Source: Eledone cirrhosa (Eukaryota). From it: DNA of 64,000 bases. The translations under genes were made by a program, and so were the position numbers. Where the stretch lies: NCBI GenBank assembly GCA_964016885.1, contig OZ024742.1, positions 372,558,001 to 372,622,000 on the forward strand, written 5' to 3'. The notes beneath the pieces are model-generated. The model did no database searches. It was not told the DNA's origin and saw only the letters and a program-made list of their open reading frames with translations. Of this stretch, positions 29,901 to 45,600 are shown piece by piece (the stretch's first letter is position 1; every line of letters begins with the position of its first letter).

Positions 29901-32900
29901 CTGTAAATCTCATTCTATATAAACTGTAAATCTCGTTCTATATAAGCTGTAAATCTCATTCTATAAACTGTAAATCTCTTTCTATATAAACTGTAAATCC
30001 CATTCTATATAAACTGTAAATCTCATTCTATAAACTGTAAATCACATTCTATAAACTGTAAATCTCGTTCTATATAAACTGGAAATCTCTTTCTATATGA
30101 ACTGTAAATCTCTTTCTATATAAACTCTGAATCTCATTCTATATAAGCTGTAAATCACATTCTATGAACTGTAAATCTCTTTCTATATAAACTGTAAATC
30201 TCATTCTATATAAACTGTAAATCTCATTCTATAAACTGTAAATCTCTTTCTATATAAACTGTAAATCTCATTCTATATAAACTGTAAATCTCTTTTTATA
30301 TAAACTGTAAATTTCATTCTATAAACTGTAAATCTCTTTCTATATAAATTGTAAATCTCATTCTATAAACTGTGAATCTCATTCTATATAAACTGTAAAT
30401 CTCATTCTATAAACTGTAAATCTCATTCTATGAACTGTAAATCTCTTTCTACATAAACTGTAAATCTCATTCTATATAAACTGTAAATCTCTTTCTATAT
30501 AAACTGTAAATCTCATTCTATATAAACTGTGAATCTCATTCTATAAGCTGTAAATCTCTTTCTATATAAACTGTAAATCTCATTCTATATACACTGTAAA
30601 TCTCTTTCTATATAAACTGTAAATCTCATTCTATATAAACTGTAAATCTCATTCTATAAACTGTAAATCTCTTTCCATATAAACTGTAAATCTCATTCTA
30701 TATAAGCTGTAAATCTCATTCTATAAACTGTACATCTCTTTCTATATAAACTGTAAATCTCATTCTATATAAACTGTATATATCATTCTATAAACTGTAA
30801 ATCTCATTCTATAAACTGTAAATCTCTTTCTATATGAACTATTAATCTCATCCTATACAAACTGTAAATCTAATTCTATATTAACTGTAAATCTGATTCT
30901 ATAAACTGTAAATCTCTTTCTATATAAACTGTAAATCTCATTCTATATAAACTGTAAATCTCTTTCTATATAAACTGTAAATCTCATTCTATATAAGCTG
31001 TAAATCTCATTCTATAAACTGTAAATCTCTTTCTATATAAACTGTAAATCTCATTCTATATAAACTGTATATATCATTCTATAAACTGTAACTCTCAGTC
31101 TATAAACTGTAAATCTTGTTCTATATAAACTGTAAATCTCTTTCTATATGAACTATAAATCTCTTTCTATATAAACTCTGAATCTCATTCTATATAAGCT
31201 GTAAATCTCATTCTATGAACTGTAAATCTCTTTCTATATAAACTGTAAATCTCATTCTATATAAGCTGTAAATCTCATTCTATAAACTGTAAATCTCTTT
31301 CTATATAAACTGTAAATCTCATTCTATATAAACTGTAAATCTCTTTGTATATAAACTGTAAATTTCATTCTATAAACTGTAAATCTCTTTCTATATAAAC
31401 TGTAAATCTCATTCTATATAAACTGTAAATCTCTTTCTATATAAACTGTAAATCTCATTCTATATAAACTGTGAATCTCATTCTATAAACTGTAAATCTC
31501 TTTCTATATAAACTGTAAATATCATTCTATATACACTGTCAATCTCTTTCTATATAAACTGTAAATCTCATTCTATATAAACTGTAAATCTCATTCTGTA
31601 AACTGTAAATCTCTTTCTATATAAACTGTAAATCTCGTTCTATATAAGCTGTAAATCTCATTCTATAAACTGTAAATCTCTTTCTATATAAACTGTAAAT
31701 CCCATTCTATATAAACTGTAAATCTCATTCTATAAACTGTAAATCACATTCTATAAACTGTAAATCTCGTTCTATATAAACTGGAAATCTCTTTCTATAT
31801 GAACTGTAAATCTCTTTCTATATAAACTCTGAATCTCATTCTATATAAGCTGTAAATCACATTCTATGAACTGTAAATCTCTTTCTATATAAACTGTAAA
31901 TCTCATTCTATATAAACTGTAAATCTCATTCTATAAACTGTAAATCTCTTTCTATATAAACTGTAAATCTCATTCTATATAAACTGTAAATCTCTTTTTA
32001 TATAAACTGTAAATTTCATTCTATAAACTGTAAATCTCTTTCTATATAAATTGTAAATCTCATTCTATAAACTGTGAATCTCATTCTATATAAACTGTAA
32101 ATCTCATTCTATAAACTGTAAATCTCATTCTATGAACTGTAAATCTCTTTCTACATAAACTGTAAATCTCATTCTATATAAACTGTAAATCTCTTTCTAT
32201 ATAAACTGTAAATCTCATTCTATATAAACTGTAAATCTCATTCTATATACACTGTAAATCTCTTTCTATATAAACTGTAAATCTCATTCTATATAAACTG
32301 TAAATCTCATTCTATAAACTGTAAATCTCTTTCCATATAAACTGTAAATCTCATTCTATATAAGCTGTAAATCTCATTCTATAAACTGTACATCTCTTTC
32401 TATATAAACTGTAAATCTCATTCTATATAAACTGTATATATCATTCTATAAACTGTAAATCTCATTCTATAAACTGTAAATCTCTTTCTATATGAACTAT
32501 TAATCTCATCCTATACAAACTGTAAATCTAATTCTATATTAACTGTAAATCTGATTCTATAAACTGTAAATCTCTTTCTATATAAACTGTAAATCTCATT
32601 CTATATAAACTGTAAATCTCTTTGTATATAAACTGTAAATTTCATTCTATAAACTGTAAATCTCTTTCTATATAAACTGTAAATCTCATTCTATATAAAC
32701 TGTAAATCTCTTTCTATATAAACTGTAAATCTCATTCTATATAAACTGTGAATCTCATTCTATAAACTGTAAATCTCTTTCTATATAAACTGTAAATATC
32801 ATTCTATATACACTGTCAATCTCTTTCTATATAAACTGTAAATCTCATTCTATATAAACTGTAAATCTCATTCTGTAAACTGTAAATCTCTTTCTATATA

Positions 32901-35900
32901 AACTGTAAATCTCGTTCTATATAAGCTGTAAATCTCATTCTATAAACTGTAAATCTCTTTCTATATAAACTGTAAATCCCATTCTATATAAACTGTAAAT
33001 CTCATTCTATAAACTGTAAATCACATTCTATAAACTGTAAATCTCGTTCTATATAAACTGGAAATCTCTTTCTATATGAACTGTAAATCTCTTTCTATAT
33101 AAACTCTGAATCTCATTCTATATAAGCTGTAAATCACATTCTATGAACTGTAAATCTCTTTCTATATAAACTGTAAATCTCATTCTATATAAACTGTAAA
33201 TCTCATTCTATAAACTGTAAATCTCTTTCTATATAAACTGTAAATCTCATTCTATATAAACTGTAAATCTCTTTTTATATAAACTGTAAATTTCATTCTA
33301 TAAACTGTAAATCTCTTTCTATATAAATTGTAAATCTCATTCTATAAACTGTGAATCTCATTCTATATAAACTGTAAATCTCATTCTATAAACTGTAAAT
33401 CTCATTCTATGAACTGTAAATCTCTTTCTACATAAACTGTAAATCTCATTCTATATAAACTGTAAATCTCTTTCTATATAAACTGTAAATCTCATTCTAT
33501 ATAAACTGTGAATCTCATTCTATAAGCTGTAAATCTCTTTCTATATAAACTGTAAATCTCATTCTATATACACTGTAAATCTCTTTCTATATAAACTGTA
33601 AATCTCATTCTATATAAACTGTAAATCTCATTCTATAAACTGTAAATCTCTTTCCATATAAACTGTAAATCTCATTCTATATAAGCTGTAAATCTCATTC
33701 TATAAACTGTACATCTCTTTCTATATAAACTGTAAATCTCATTCTATATAAACTGTATATATCATTCTATAAACTGTAAATCTCATTCTATAAACTGTAA
33801 ATCTCTTTCTATATGAACTATTAATCTCATCCTATACAAACTGTAAATCTAATTCTATATTAACTGTAAATCTGATTCTATAAACTGTAAATCTCTTTCT
33901 ATATAAACTGTAAATCTCATTCTATATAAACTGTAAATCTCTTTCTATATAAACTGTAAATCTCATTCTATATAAACTGTAAATCTCGTTCTATATAAGC
34001 TGTAAATCTCATTCTATAAACTGTAAATCTCTTTCTATATAAACTGTAAATCCCATTCTATATAAACTGTAAATCTCATTCTATAAACTGTAAATCACAT
34101 TCTATAAACTGTAAATCTCGTTCTATATAAACTGGAAATCTCTTTCTATATGAACTGTAAATCTCTTTCTATATAAACTCTGAATCTCATTCTATATAAG
34201 CTGTAAATCACATTCTATGAACTGTAAATCTCTTTCTATATAAACTGTAAATCTCATTCTATATAAACTGTAAATCTCATTCTATAAACTGTAAATCTCT
34301 TTCTATATAAACTGTAAATCTCATTCTATATAAACTGTAAATCTCTTTTTATATAAACTGTAAATTTCATTCTATAAACTGTAAATCTCTTTCTATATAA
34401 ATTGTAAATCTCATTCTATAAACTGTGAATCTCATTCTATATAAACTGTAAATCTCATTCTATAAACTGTAAATCTCATTCTATGAACTGTAAATCTCTT
34501 TCTACATAAACTGTAAATCTCATTCTATATAAACTGTAAATCTCTTTCTATATAAACTGTAAATCTCATTCTATATAAACTGTGAATCTCATTCTATAAG
34601 CTGTAAATCTCTTTCTATATAAACTGTAAATCTCATTCTATATACACTGTAAATCTCTTTCTATATAAACTGTAAATCTCATTCTATATAAACTGTAAAT
34701 CTCATTCTATAAACTGTAAATCTCTTTCCATATAAACTGTAAATCTCATTCTATATAAGCTGTAAATCTCATTCTATAAACTGTACATCTCTTTCTATAT
34801 AAACTGTAAATCTCATTCTATATAAACTGTATATATCATTCTATAAACTGTAAATCTCATTCTATAAACTGTAAATCTCTTTCTATATGAACTATTAATC
34901 TCATCCTATACAAACTGTAAATCTAATTCTATATTAACTGTAAATCTGATTCTATAAACTGTAAATCTCTTTCTATATAAACTGTAAATCTCATTCTATA
35001 TAAACTGTAAATCTCTTTCTATATAAACTGTAAATCTCATTCTATATAAGCTGTAAATCTCATTCTATAAACTGTAAATCTCTTTCTATATAAACTGTAA
35101 ATCTCATTCTATATAAACTGTATATATCATTCTATAAACTGTAACTCTCAGTCTATAAACTGTAAATCTTGTTCTATATAAACTGTAAATCTCTTTCTAT
35201 ATGAACTATAAATCTCTTTCTATATAAACTCTGAATCTCATTCTATATAAGCTGTAAATCTCATTCTATGAACTGTAAATCTCTTTCTATATAAACTGTA
35301 AATCTCATTCTATATAAGCTGTAAATCTCATTCTATAAACTGTAAATCTCTTTCTATATAAACTGTAAATCTCATTCTATATAAACTGTAAATCTCTTTG
35401 TATATAAACTGTAAATTTCATTCTATAAACTGTAAATCTCTTTCTATATAAACTGTAAATCTCATTCTATATAAACTGTAAATCTCTTTCTATATAAACT
35501 GTAAATCTCATTCTATATAAACTGTGAATCTCATTCTATAAACTGTAAATCTCTTTCTATATAAACTGTAAATATCATTCTATATACACTGTCAATCTCT
35601 TTCTATATAAACTGTAAATCTCATTCTATATAAACTGTAAATCTCATTCTGTAAACTGTAAATCTCTTTCTATATAAACTGTAAATCTCGTTCTATATAA
35701 GCTGTAAATCTCATTCTATAAACTGTAAATCTCTTTCTATATAAACTGTAAATCCCATTCTATATAAACTGTAAATCTCATTCTATAAACTGTAAATCAC
35801 ATTCTATAAACTGTAAATCTCGTTCTATATAAACTGGAAATCTCTTTCTATATGAACTGTAAATCTCTTTCTATATAAACTCTGAATCTCATTCTATATA

Positions 35901-36665
35901 AGCTGTAAATCACATTCTATGAACTGTAAATCTCTTTCTATATAAACTGTAAATCTCATTCTATATAAACTGTAAATCTCATTCTATAAACTGTAAATCT
36001 CTTTCTATATAAACTGTAAATCTCATTCTATATAAACTGTAAATCTCTTTTTATATAAACTGTAAATTTCATTCTATAAACTGTAAATCTCTTTCTATAT
36101 AAATTGTAAATCTCATTCTATAAACTGTGAATCTCATTCTATATAAACTGTAAATCTCATTCTATAAACTGTAAATCTCATTCTATGAACTGTAAATCTC
36201 TTTCTACATAAACTGTAAATCTCATTCTATATAAACTGTAAATCTCTTTCTATATAAACTGTAAATCTCATTCTATATAAACTGTAAATCTCATTCTATA
36301 TACACTGTAAATCTCTTTCTATATAAACTGTAAATCTCATTCTATATAAACTGTAAATCTCATTCTATAAACTGTAAATCTCTTTCCATATAAACTGTAA
36401 ATCTCATTCTATATAAGCTGTAAATCTCATTCTATAAACTGTACATCTCTTTCTATATAAACTGTAAATCTCATTCTATATAAACTGTATATATCATTCT
36501 ATAAACTGTAAATCTCATTCTATAAACTGTAAATCTCTTTCTATATGAACTATTAATCTCATCCTATACAAACTGTAAATCTAATTCTATATTAACTGTA
36601 AATCTGATTCTATAAACTGTAAATCTCTTTCTATATAAACTGTAAATCTCATTCTATATAAACTG
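28560..36665. repeat. 4053-bp tandem duplication made of related 1074-, 1658- and 1321-bp sub-units
   Basis: The G of tttgta 28571/32624 and cctatac 29778/33831, 30852/34905 and 32510/36563 are all +4053. Confidence 0.88.
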
Positions 36666-39600
36666 TAAATCTCTTTCTATATAAACTGTAAATCTCATTC
36701 TATATAAACTGTAAATCTCTTTCTATATAATTTGTAAATCTCATTCTATATAAACTGTAAATCTCATTCTATAAACTGTAAATCTCTTTCTATATAAACT
36801 CTTAATCTCATTCTATATAAACTGTAAATCTCATTCTATAAACTGTAAATCTAATTCTATATAAACTGTAAATCTCTTTCTATATAACCTGTAAATCTCT
36901 TTCTATATAACCTGTAAATCTCTTTCTATATAAACTGTAAATCTCATGCTATAGACTGTAAATCTCATTCTATATGAACTGTAAATCTCTTTCTATATAA
37001 ACTGTAAATCTCATTCTATATAAACTGTAAATCTCATTCTATATAATCTGTAAATCTCATTCGATAAACTGTAAATCTCTTTTTATATAAACAGTAAATC
37101 TCATTCTATATAAACTGGAAATCTCATTCTATGAACTGTAAATCTCTTTCTATATAAACTGTAAATCTCATTCTATATAAAATGTAAATATCATTCTATA
37201 AACTGTAAATCTCTTTCTATATAAACTGTAAATCTCATTCTATATAAACTGTAAATCTCTTTCTATATAAACTGTAAATTTCATTCTATAAACTCTAAAT
37301 CTCTTTCTATATAAACTGTAAATCTCATTCTATTTAAACTGTAAATCTCTTTCTATATAAACTGTAAATCTCATTCTATATAATCTGTATATATCATTCT
37401 ATAAGCTGTAACTCTCATTCTATAAACTGTAAATCTCTTTCTATATAAACTGTAAATCTCATTCTATATAAACTGTAAATCTCCTTCTATATAAACTGTA
37501 AATCTCATTCTATATAAACTGTATATATCATTCTATAAACTGTAAATCTCATTCTATAAACTGTAAATCTCTTTCTATATAAACTGTAAATCTCATTCTA
37601 TATAAACTGTAAATATCTTTCTATATGAACTGTAAATCTCATTCTATATAAACTGTGAATCTCATTCTATATAAACTGTAATTCTCATTCTATATTAACT
37701 GTAAATCTCATTCTATAAACTGTAAATCTCTTTCTATATAAGCTGTAAATCTCATTCTATATAAACTGTAAATCTCATTCTATAAACTGTAAATCTCATT
37801 CTATATAAACTGTAAATCTCATTCTATAAACTGTAAATCTCTTTCTATATAAACTGTAAATCTCATTCTATATAATCTGTAAATCTCATTCTATAAACTG
37901 TAAATCTCATTCTATATAAACTGTAAATCTCTTTCTATATAAACTGTAAATCTCATTCTATATAAACTGTAAATCTCATTCTATAAACTGTAAATCTCTT
38001 TCTATATGAACTATAAATCTCTTTCTATATAAACTCTGAATCTCATTCTATATAAACTGTATATATCATTCTATAAACTGTAACTCTCAGTCTATAAACT
38101 GTAAATCTCGTTCTATATAAACTGTAAATCGCTTTCTATATGAACTATAAATCTCTTTCTATATAAACTCTGAATCTCATTCTATATAAGCTGTAAATCT
38201 CATTCTATGAACTGTAAATCTCTTTCTATATAAACTGTAAATCTCATTCTATATAAGCTGTAAATCTCATTCTATAAACTGTAAATCTCTTTCTATATAA
38301 ACTGTAAATCTCATTCTATATAAACTGTAAATCTCTTTCTATATAAACTGTAAATTTCATTCTATAAACTGTAAATCTCTTTCTATATAAACTGTAAATC
38401 TCATTCTATATAAACTGTAAATCTCTTTCTATATAAACTGTAAATCTCATTCTATATAAACTGTGAATCTCATTCTATAAACTGTAAATCTCTTTCTATA
38501 TAAACTGTAAATATCATTCTATATACACTGTCAATCTCTTTCTATATAAACTGTAAATCTCATTCTATATAAACTGTAAATCTCATTCTGTAAACTGTAA
38601 ATCTCTTTCTATATAAACTGTAAATCTCGTTCTATATAAGCTGTAAATCTCATTCTATAAACTGTAAATCTCTTTCTATATAAACTGTAAATCCCATTCT
38701 ATATAAACTGTATATATCATTCTATAAACTGTAAATCACATTCTATAAACTGTAAATCTCTTTCTATATAAACTGTAAATCTCATTCTATATAAACTGTA
38801 AATCTCTTTCTATATGAACTGTAAATCTCATTCTATATAAATTGTAAATCTCATTCTATAAACTGTGAATCTCATTCTATATAAACTGTAAATCTCATTC
38901 TATAAACTGTAAATCTCATTCTATGAACTGTAAATCTCTTTCTATATAAACTGTAAATCTCATTCTATATAAACTGTAAATCTCATTCTATAAACTGTAA
39001 ATCTCTTTCTGTATAAACTGTAAATCTCATTCTATATAAACTGTAAATCTCTTTCTATATAAACTGTAAATCTCATTGTATATAAACTGTAAATCTCTTT
39101 CTATATAAACTGTAAATCTCATTCTATATAAACTGTGAATCTCATTCTATAAGCTGTAAATCTCTTTCTATATAAACTGTAAATCTCATATTATATACAC
39201 TGTAAATCTCTTTCTATATAAACTGTAAATCTCATTCTATATAAACTGTAAATCTCATTCTATAAACTGTAAATCTCTTTCCATATAAACTGTAAATCTC
39301 ATTCTATATAAGCTGTAAATCTCATTCTATAAACTGTACATCTCTTTCTATATAAACTGTAAATCCCATTCTATATAAACTGTATATATCATTCTATAAA
39401 CTGTAAATCTCATTCTATAGACTGTAAATCTCTTTCTATATAAACTGTAAATCTCATTCTATATAAACTGTAAATCTCTTTCCATATAAACTGTAAATCT
39501 CATTCTATATAAACTGTATATATCATTCTATAAACTGTAAATCTCATTCTATAAACTGTAAATCTCTTTCTATATAAACTGTAAATCTCATTCTATATAA

Positions 39601-42600
39601 ACTGTAAATATCTTTCTATATGAGCTGTAAATCTCATTCTATATAAACTGTGAATCTCATTCTATATAAACTGTAATTCTCATTCAATATTAACTGTAAA
39701 TCTCATTCTATAAACTGTAAATCTCTTTCTATATAAGCTGTAAATCTCATTCTATATAAACTGTAAATCTCATTCTATAAACTGTAAATCTCAGTCTATA
39801 TAAACTGTAAATCTCAGTTTATAAACTGTAGATCTCTTTCTATATAAACTGTAAATCTCATTCTATATAATCTGTAAATCTCATTCTATAAACTGTAAAT
39901 CTCATTCTATATAAACTGTAAATCTCTTTCTATATAAACTGTAAATCTCATTCTATATAAACTGTAAATCTCATTCTATAAACTGTAAATCTCTTTCTAT
40001 ATAAACTGTAAATCTCATTCTATATAAGCTGTAAATCTCTTTCTATATAAACTGTAAATTTCATTCTATAAACTGTAAATCTCTTTCTATATAAACTGTA
40101 AATCTCATTCTATATAAACTGTAAATCTCGTTCTATATAAACTGTAAATCTCATTCTATATAAACTGTGAATCTCATTCTATAAACTGTAAATCTCTTTC
40201 TATATAAACTGTAAATATCATTCTATATACACTGTAAATCTCTTTCTATATAAACTGTAAATCTCATTCTATATAAACTGTAAATCTCATTCTATAAACT
40301 GTAAATCTCTTTCTATATAAACTGTAAATCTCATTCTATATAAACTGTATATATCATTCTATAAACTGTAACTCTCAGTCTATAAACTGTAAATCTCGTT
40401 CTATATAAACTGTAAATCTCTTTCTATATGAACTATAAATCTCTTTCTATATAAACTGTAAATCTCATTCTATATAAACTGTATATATCATTCTATAAAC
40501 TGTAAATCTCATTCTATAAACTGTAAATCTCTTTCTATATGAACTATTAATCTCATCCTATACAAACTGTAAATCTAATTCTATATTAACTGTAAATCTG
40601 ATTCTATAAACTGTAAATCTCTTTCTATATAAACTGTAAATCTCATTCTATATAAACTGTAAATCTCTTTCTATATAAACTGTAAATCTCATTCTATATA
40701 AACTGTAAATCTCGTTCTATATAAGCTGTAAATCTCATTCTATAAACTGTAAATCTCTTTCTATATAAACTGTAAATCCCATTCTATATAAACTGTAAAT
40801 CTCATTCTATAAACTGTAAATCACATTCTATAAACTGTAAATCTCGTTCTATATAAACTGGAAATCTCTTTCTATATGAACTGTAAATCTCTTTCTATAT
40901 AAACTCTGAATCTCATTCTATATAAGCTGTAAATCACATTCTATGAACTGTAAATCTCTTTCTATATAAACTGTAAATCTCATTCTATATAAACTGTAAA
41001 TCTCATTCTATAAACTGTAAATCTCTTTCTATATAAACTGTAAATCTCATTCTATATAAACTGTAAATCTCTTTTTATATAAACTGTAAATTTCATTCTA
41101 TAAACTGTAAATCTCTTTCTATATAAATTGTAAATCTCATTCTATAAACTGTGAATCTCATTCTATATAAACTGTAAATCTCATTCTATAAACTGTAAAT
41201 CTCATTCTATGAACTGTAAATCTCTTTCTACATAAACTGTAAATCTCATTCTATATAAACTGTAAATCTCTTTCTATATAAACTGTAAATCTCATTCTAT
41301 ATAAACTGTGAATCTCATTCTATAAGCTGTAAATCTCTTTCTATATAAACTGTAAATCTCATTCTATATACACTGTAAATCTCTTTCTATATAAACTGTA
41401 AATCTCATTCTATATAAACTGTAAATCTCATTCTATAAACTGTAAATCTCTTTCCATATAAACTGTAAATCTCATTCTATATAAGCTGTAAATCTCATTC
41501 TATAAACTGTACATCTCTTTCTATATAAACTGTAAATCTCATTCTATATAAACTGTATATATCATTCTATAAACTGTAAATCTCATTCTATAAACTGTAA
41601 ATCTCTTTCTATATGAACTATTAATCTCATCCTATACAAACTGTAAATCTAATTCTATATTAACTGTAAATCTGATTCTATAAACTGTAAATCTCTTTCT
41701 ATATAAACTGTAAATCTCATTCTATATAAACTGTAAATCTCTTTCTATATAAACTGTAAATCTCATTCTATATAAGCTGTAAATCTCATTCTATAAACTG
41801 TAAATCTCTTTCTATATAAACTGTAAATCTCATTCTATATAAACTGTATATATCATTCTATAAACTGTAACTCTCAGTCTATAAACTGTAAATCTTGTTC
41901 TATATAAACTGTAAATCTCTTTCTATATGAACTATAAATCTCTTTCTATATAAACTCTGAATCTCATTCTATATAAGCTGTAAATCTCATTCTATGAACT
42001 GTAAATCTCTTTCTATATAAACTGTAAATCTCATTCTATATAAGCTGTAAATCTCATTCTATAAACTGTAAATCTCTTTCTATATAAACTGTAAATCTCA
42101 TTCTATATAAACTGTAAATCTCTTTGTATATAAACTGTAAATTTCATTCTATAAACTGTAAATCTCTTTCTATATAAACTGTAAATCTCATTCTATATAA
42201 ACTGTAAATCTCTTTCTATATAAACTGTAAATCTCATTCTATATAAACTGTGAATCTCATTCTATAAACTGTAAATCTCTTTCTATATAAACTGTAAATA
42301 TCATTCTATATACACTGTCAATCTCTTTCTATATAAACTGTAAATCTCATTCTATATAAACTGTAAATCTCATTCTATAAACTGTAAATCTCTTTCTATA
42401 TAAACTGTAAATCCCATTCTATATAAACTGTAAATCTCATTCTATAAACTGTAAATCACATTCTATAAACTGTAAATCTCGTTCTATATAAACTGGAAAT
42501 CTCTTTCTATATGAACTGTAAATCTCTTTCTATATAAACTCTGAATCTCATTCTATATAAGCTGTAAATCACATTCTATGAACTGTAAATCTCTTTCTAT

Positions 42601-45600
42601 ATAAACTGTAAATCTCATTCTATATAAACTGTAAATCTCATTCTATAAACTGTAAATCTCTTTCTATATAAACTGTAAATCTCATTCTATATAAACTGTA
42701 AATCTCTTTTTATATAAACTGTAAATTTCATTCTATAAACTGTAAATCTCTTTCTATATAAATTGTAAATCTCATTCTATAAACTGTGAATCTCATTCTA
42801 TATAAACTGTAAATCTCATTCTATAAACTGTAAATCTCATTCTATGAACTGTAAATCTCTTTCTACATAAACTGTAAATCTCATTCTATATAAACTGTAA
42901 ATCTCTTTCTATATAAACTGTAAATCTCATTCTATATAAACTGTGAATCTCATTCTATAAGCTGTAAATCTCTTTCTATATAAACTGTAAATCTCATTCT
43001 ATATACACTGTAAATCTCTTTCTATATAAACTGTAAATCTCATTCTATATAAACTGTAAATCTCATTCTATAAACTGTAAATCTCTTTCCATATAAACTG
43101 TAAATCTCATTCTATATAAGCTGTAAATCTCATTCTATAAACTGTACATCTCTTTCTATATAAACTGTAAATCTCATTCTATATAAACTGTATATATCAT
43201 TCTATAAACTGTAAATCTCATTCTATAAACTGTAAATCTCTTTCTATATGAACTATTAATCTCATCCTATACAAACTGTAAATCTAATTCTATATTAACT
43301 GTAAATCTGATTCTATAAACTGTAAATCTCTTTCTATATAAACTGTAAATCTCATTCTATATAAACTGTAAATCTCTTTCTATATAAACTGTAAATCTCA
43401 TTCTATATAAACTGTAAATCTCTTTCTATATAATTTGTAAATCTCATTCTATATAAACTGTAAATCTCATTCTATAAACTGTAAATCTCTTTCTATATAA
43501 ACTCTTAATCTCATTCTATATAAACTGTAAATCTCATTCTATAAACTGTAAATCTAATTCTATATAAACTGTAAATCTCTTTCTATATAACCTGTAAATC
43601 TCTTTCTATATAACCTGTAAATCTCTTTCTATATAAACTGTAAATCTCATGCTATAGACTGTAAATCTCATTCTATATGAACTGTAAATCTCTTTCTATA
43701 TAAACTGTAAATCTCATTCTATATAAACTGTAAATCTCATTCTATATAATCTGTAAATCTCATTCGATAAACTGTAAATCTCTTTTTATATAAACAGTAA
43801 ATCTCATTCTATATAAACTGGAAATCTCATTCTATGAACTGTAAATCTCTTTCTATATAAACTGTAAATCTCATTCTATATAAAATGTAAATATCATTCT
43901 ATAAACTGTAAATCTCTTTCTATATAAACTGTAAATCTCATTCTATATAAACTGTAAATCTCTTTCTATATAAACTGTAAATTTCATTCTATAAACTCTA
44001 AATCTCTTTCTATATAAACTGTAAATCTCATTCTATTTAAACTGTAAATCTCTTTCTATATAAACTGTAAATCTCATTCTATATAATCTGTATATATCAT
44101 TCTATAAGCTGTAACTCTCATTCTATAAACTGTAAATCTCTTTCTATATAAACTGTAAATCTCATTCTATATAAACTGTAAATCTCCTTCTATATAAACT
44201 GTAAATCTCATTCTATATAAACTGTATATATCATTCTATAAACTGTAAATCTCATTCTATAAACTGTAAATCTCTTTCTATATAAACTGTAAATCTCATT
44301 CTATATAAACTGTAAATATCTTTCTATATGAACTGTAAATCTCATTCTATATAAACTGTGAATCTCATTCTATATAAACTGTAATTCTCATTCTATATTA
44401 ACTGTAAATCTCATTCTATAAACTGTAAATCTCTTTCTATATAAGCTGTAAATCTCATTCTATATAAACTGTAAATCTCATTCTATAAACTGTAAATCTC
44501 ATTCTATATAAACTGTAAATCTCATTCTATAAACTGTAAATCTCTTTCTATATAAACTGTAAATCTCATTCTATATAATCTGTAAATCTCATTCTATAAA
44601 CTGTAAATCTCATTCTATATAAACTGTAAATCTCTTTCTATATAAACTGTAAATCTCATTCTATATAAACTGTAAATCTCATTCTATAAACTGTAAATCT
44701 CTTTCTATATGAACTATAAATCTCTTTCTATATAAACTCTGAATCTCATTCTATATAAACTGTATATATCATTCTATAAACTGTAACTCTCAGTCTATAA
44801 ACTGTAAATCTCGTTCTATATAAACTGTAAATCGCTTTCTATATGAACTATAAATCTCTTTCTATATAAACTCTGAATCTCATTCTATATAAGCTGTAAA
44901 TCTCATTCTATGAACTGTAAATCTCTTTCTATATAAACTGTAAATCTCATTCTATATAAGCTGTAAATCTCATTCTATAAACTGTAAATCTCTTTCTATA
45001 TAAACTGTAAATCTCATTCTATATAAACTGTAAATCTCTTTCTATATAAACTGTAAATTTCATTCTATAAACTGTAAATCTCTTTCTATATAAACTGTAA
45101 ATCTCATTCTATATAAACTGTAAATCTCTTTCTATATAAACTGTAAATCTCATTCTATATAAACTGTGAATCTCATTCTATAAACTGTAAATCTCTTTCT
45201 ATATAAACTGTAAATATCATTCTATATACACTGTCAATCTCTTTCTATATAAACTGTAAATCTCATTCTATATAAACTGTAAATCTCATTCTGTAAACTG
45301 TAAATCTCTTTCTATATAAACTGTAAATCTCGTTCTATATAAGCTGTAAATCTCATTCTATAAACTGTAAATCTCTTTCTATATAAACTGTAAATCCCAT
45401 TCTATATAAACTGTATATATCATTCTATAAACTGTAAATCACATTCTATAAACTGTAAATCTCTTTCTATATAAACTGTAAATCTCATTCTATATAAACT
45501 GTAAATCTCTTTCTATATGAACTGTAAATCTCATTCTATATAAATTGTAAATCTCATTCTATAAACTGTGAATCTCATTCTATATAAACTGTAAATCTCA

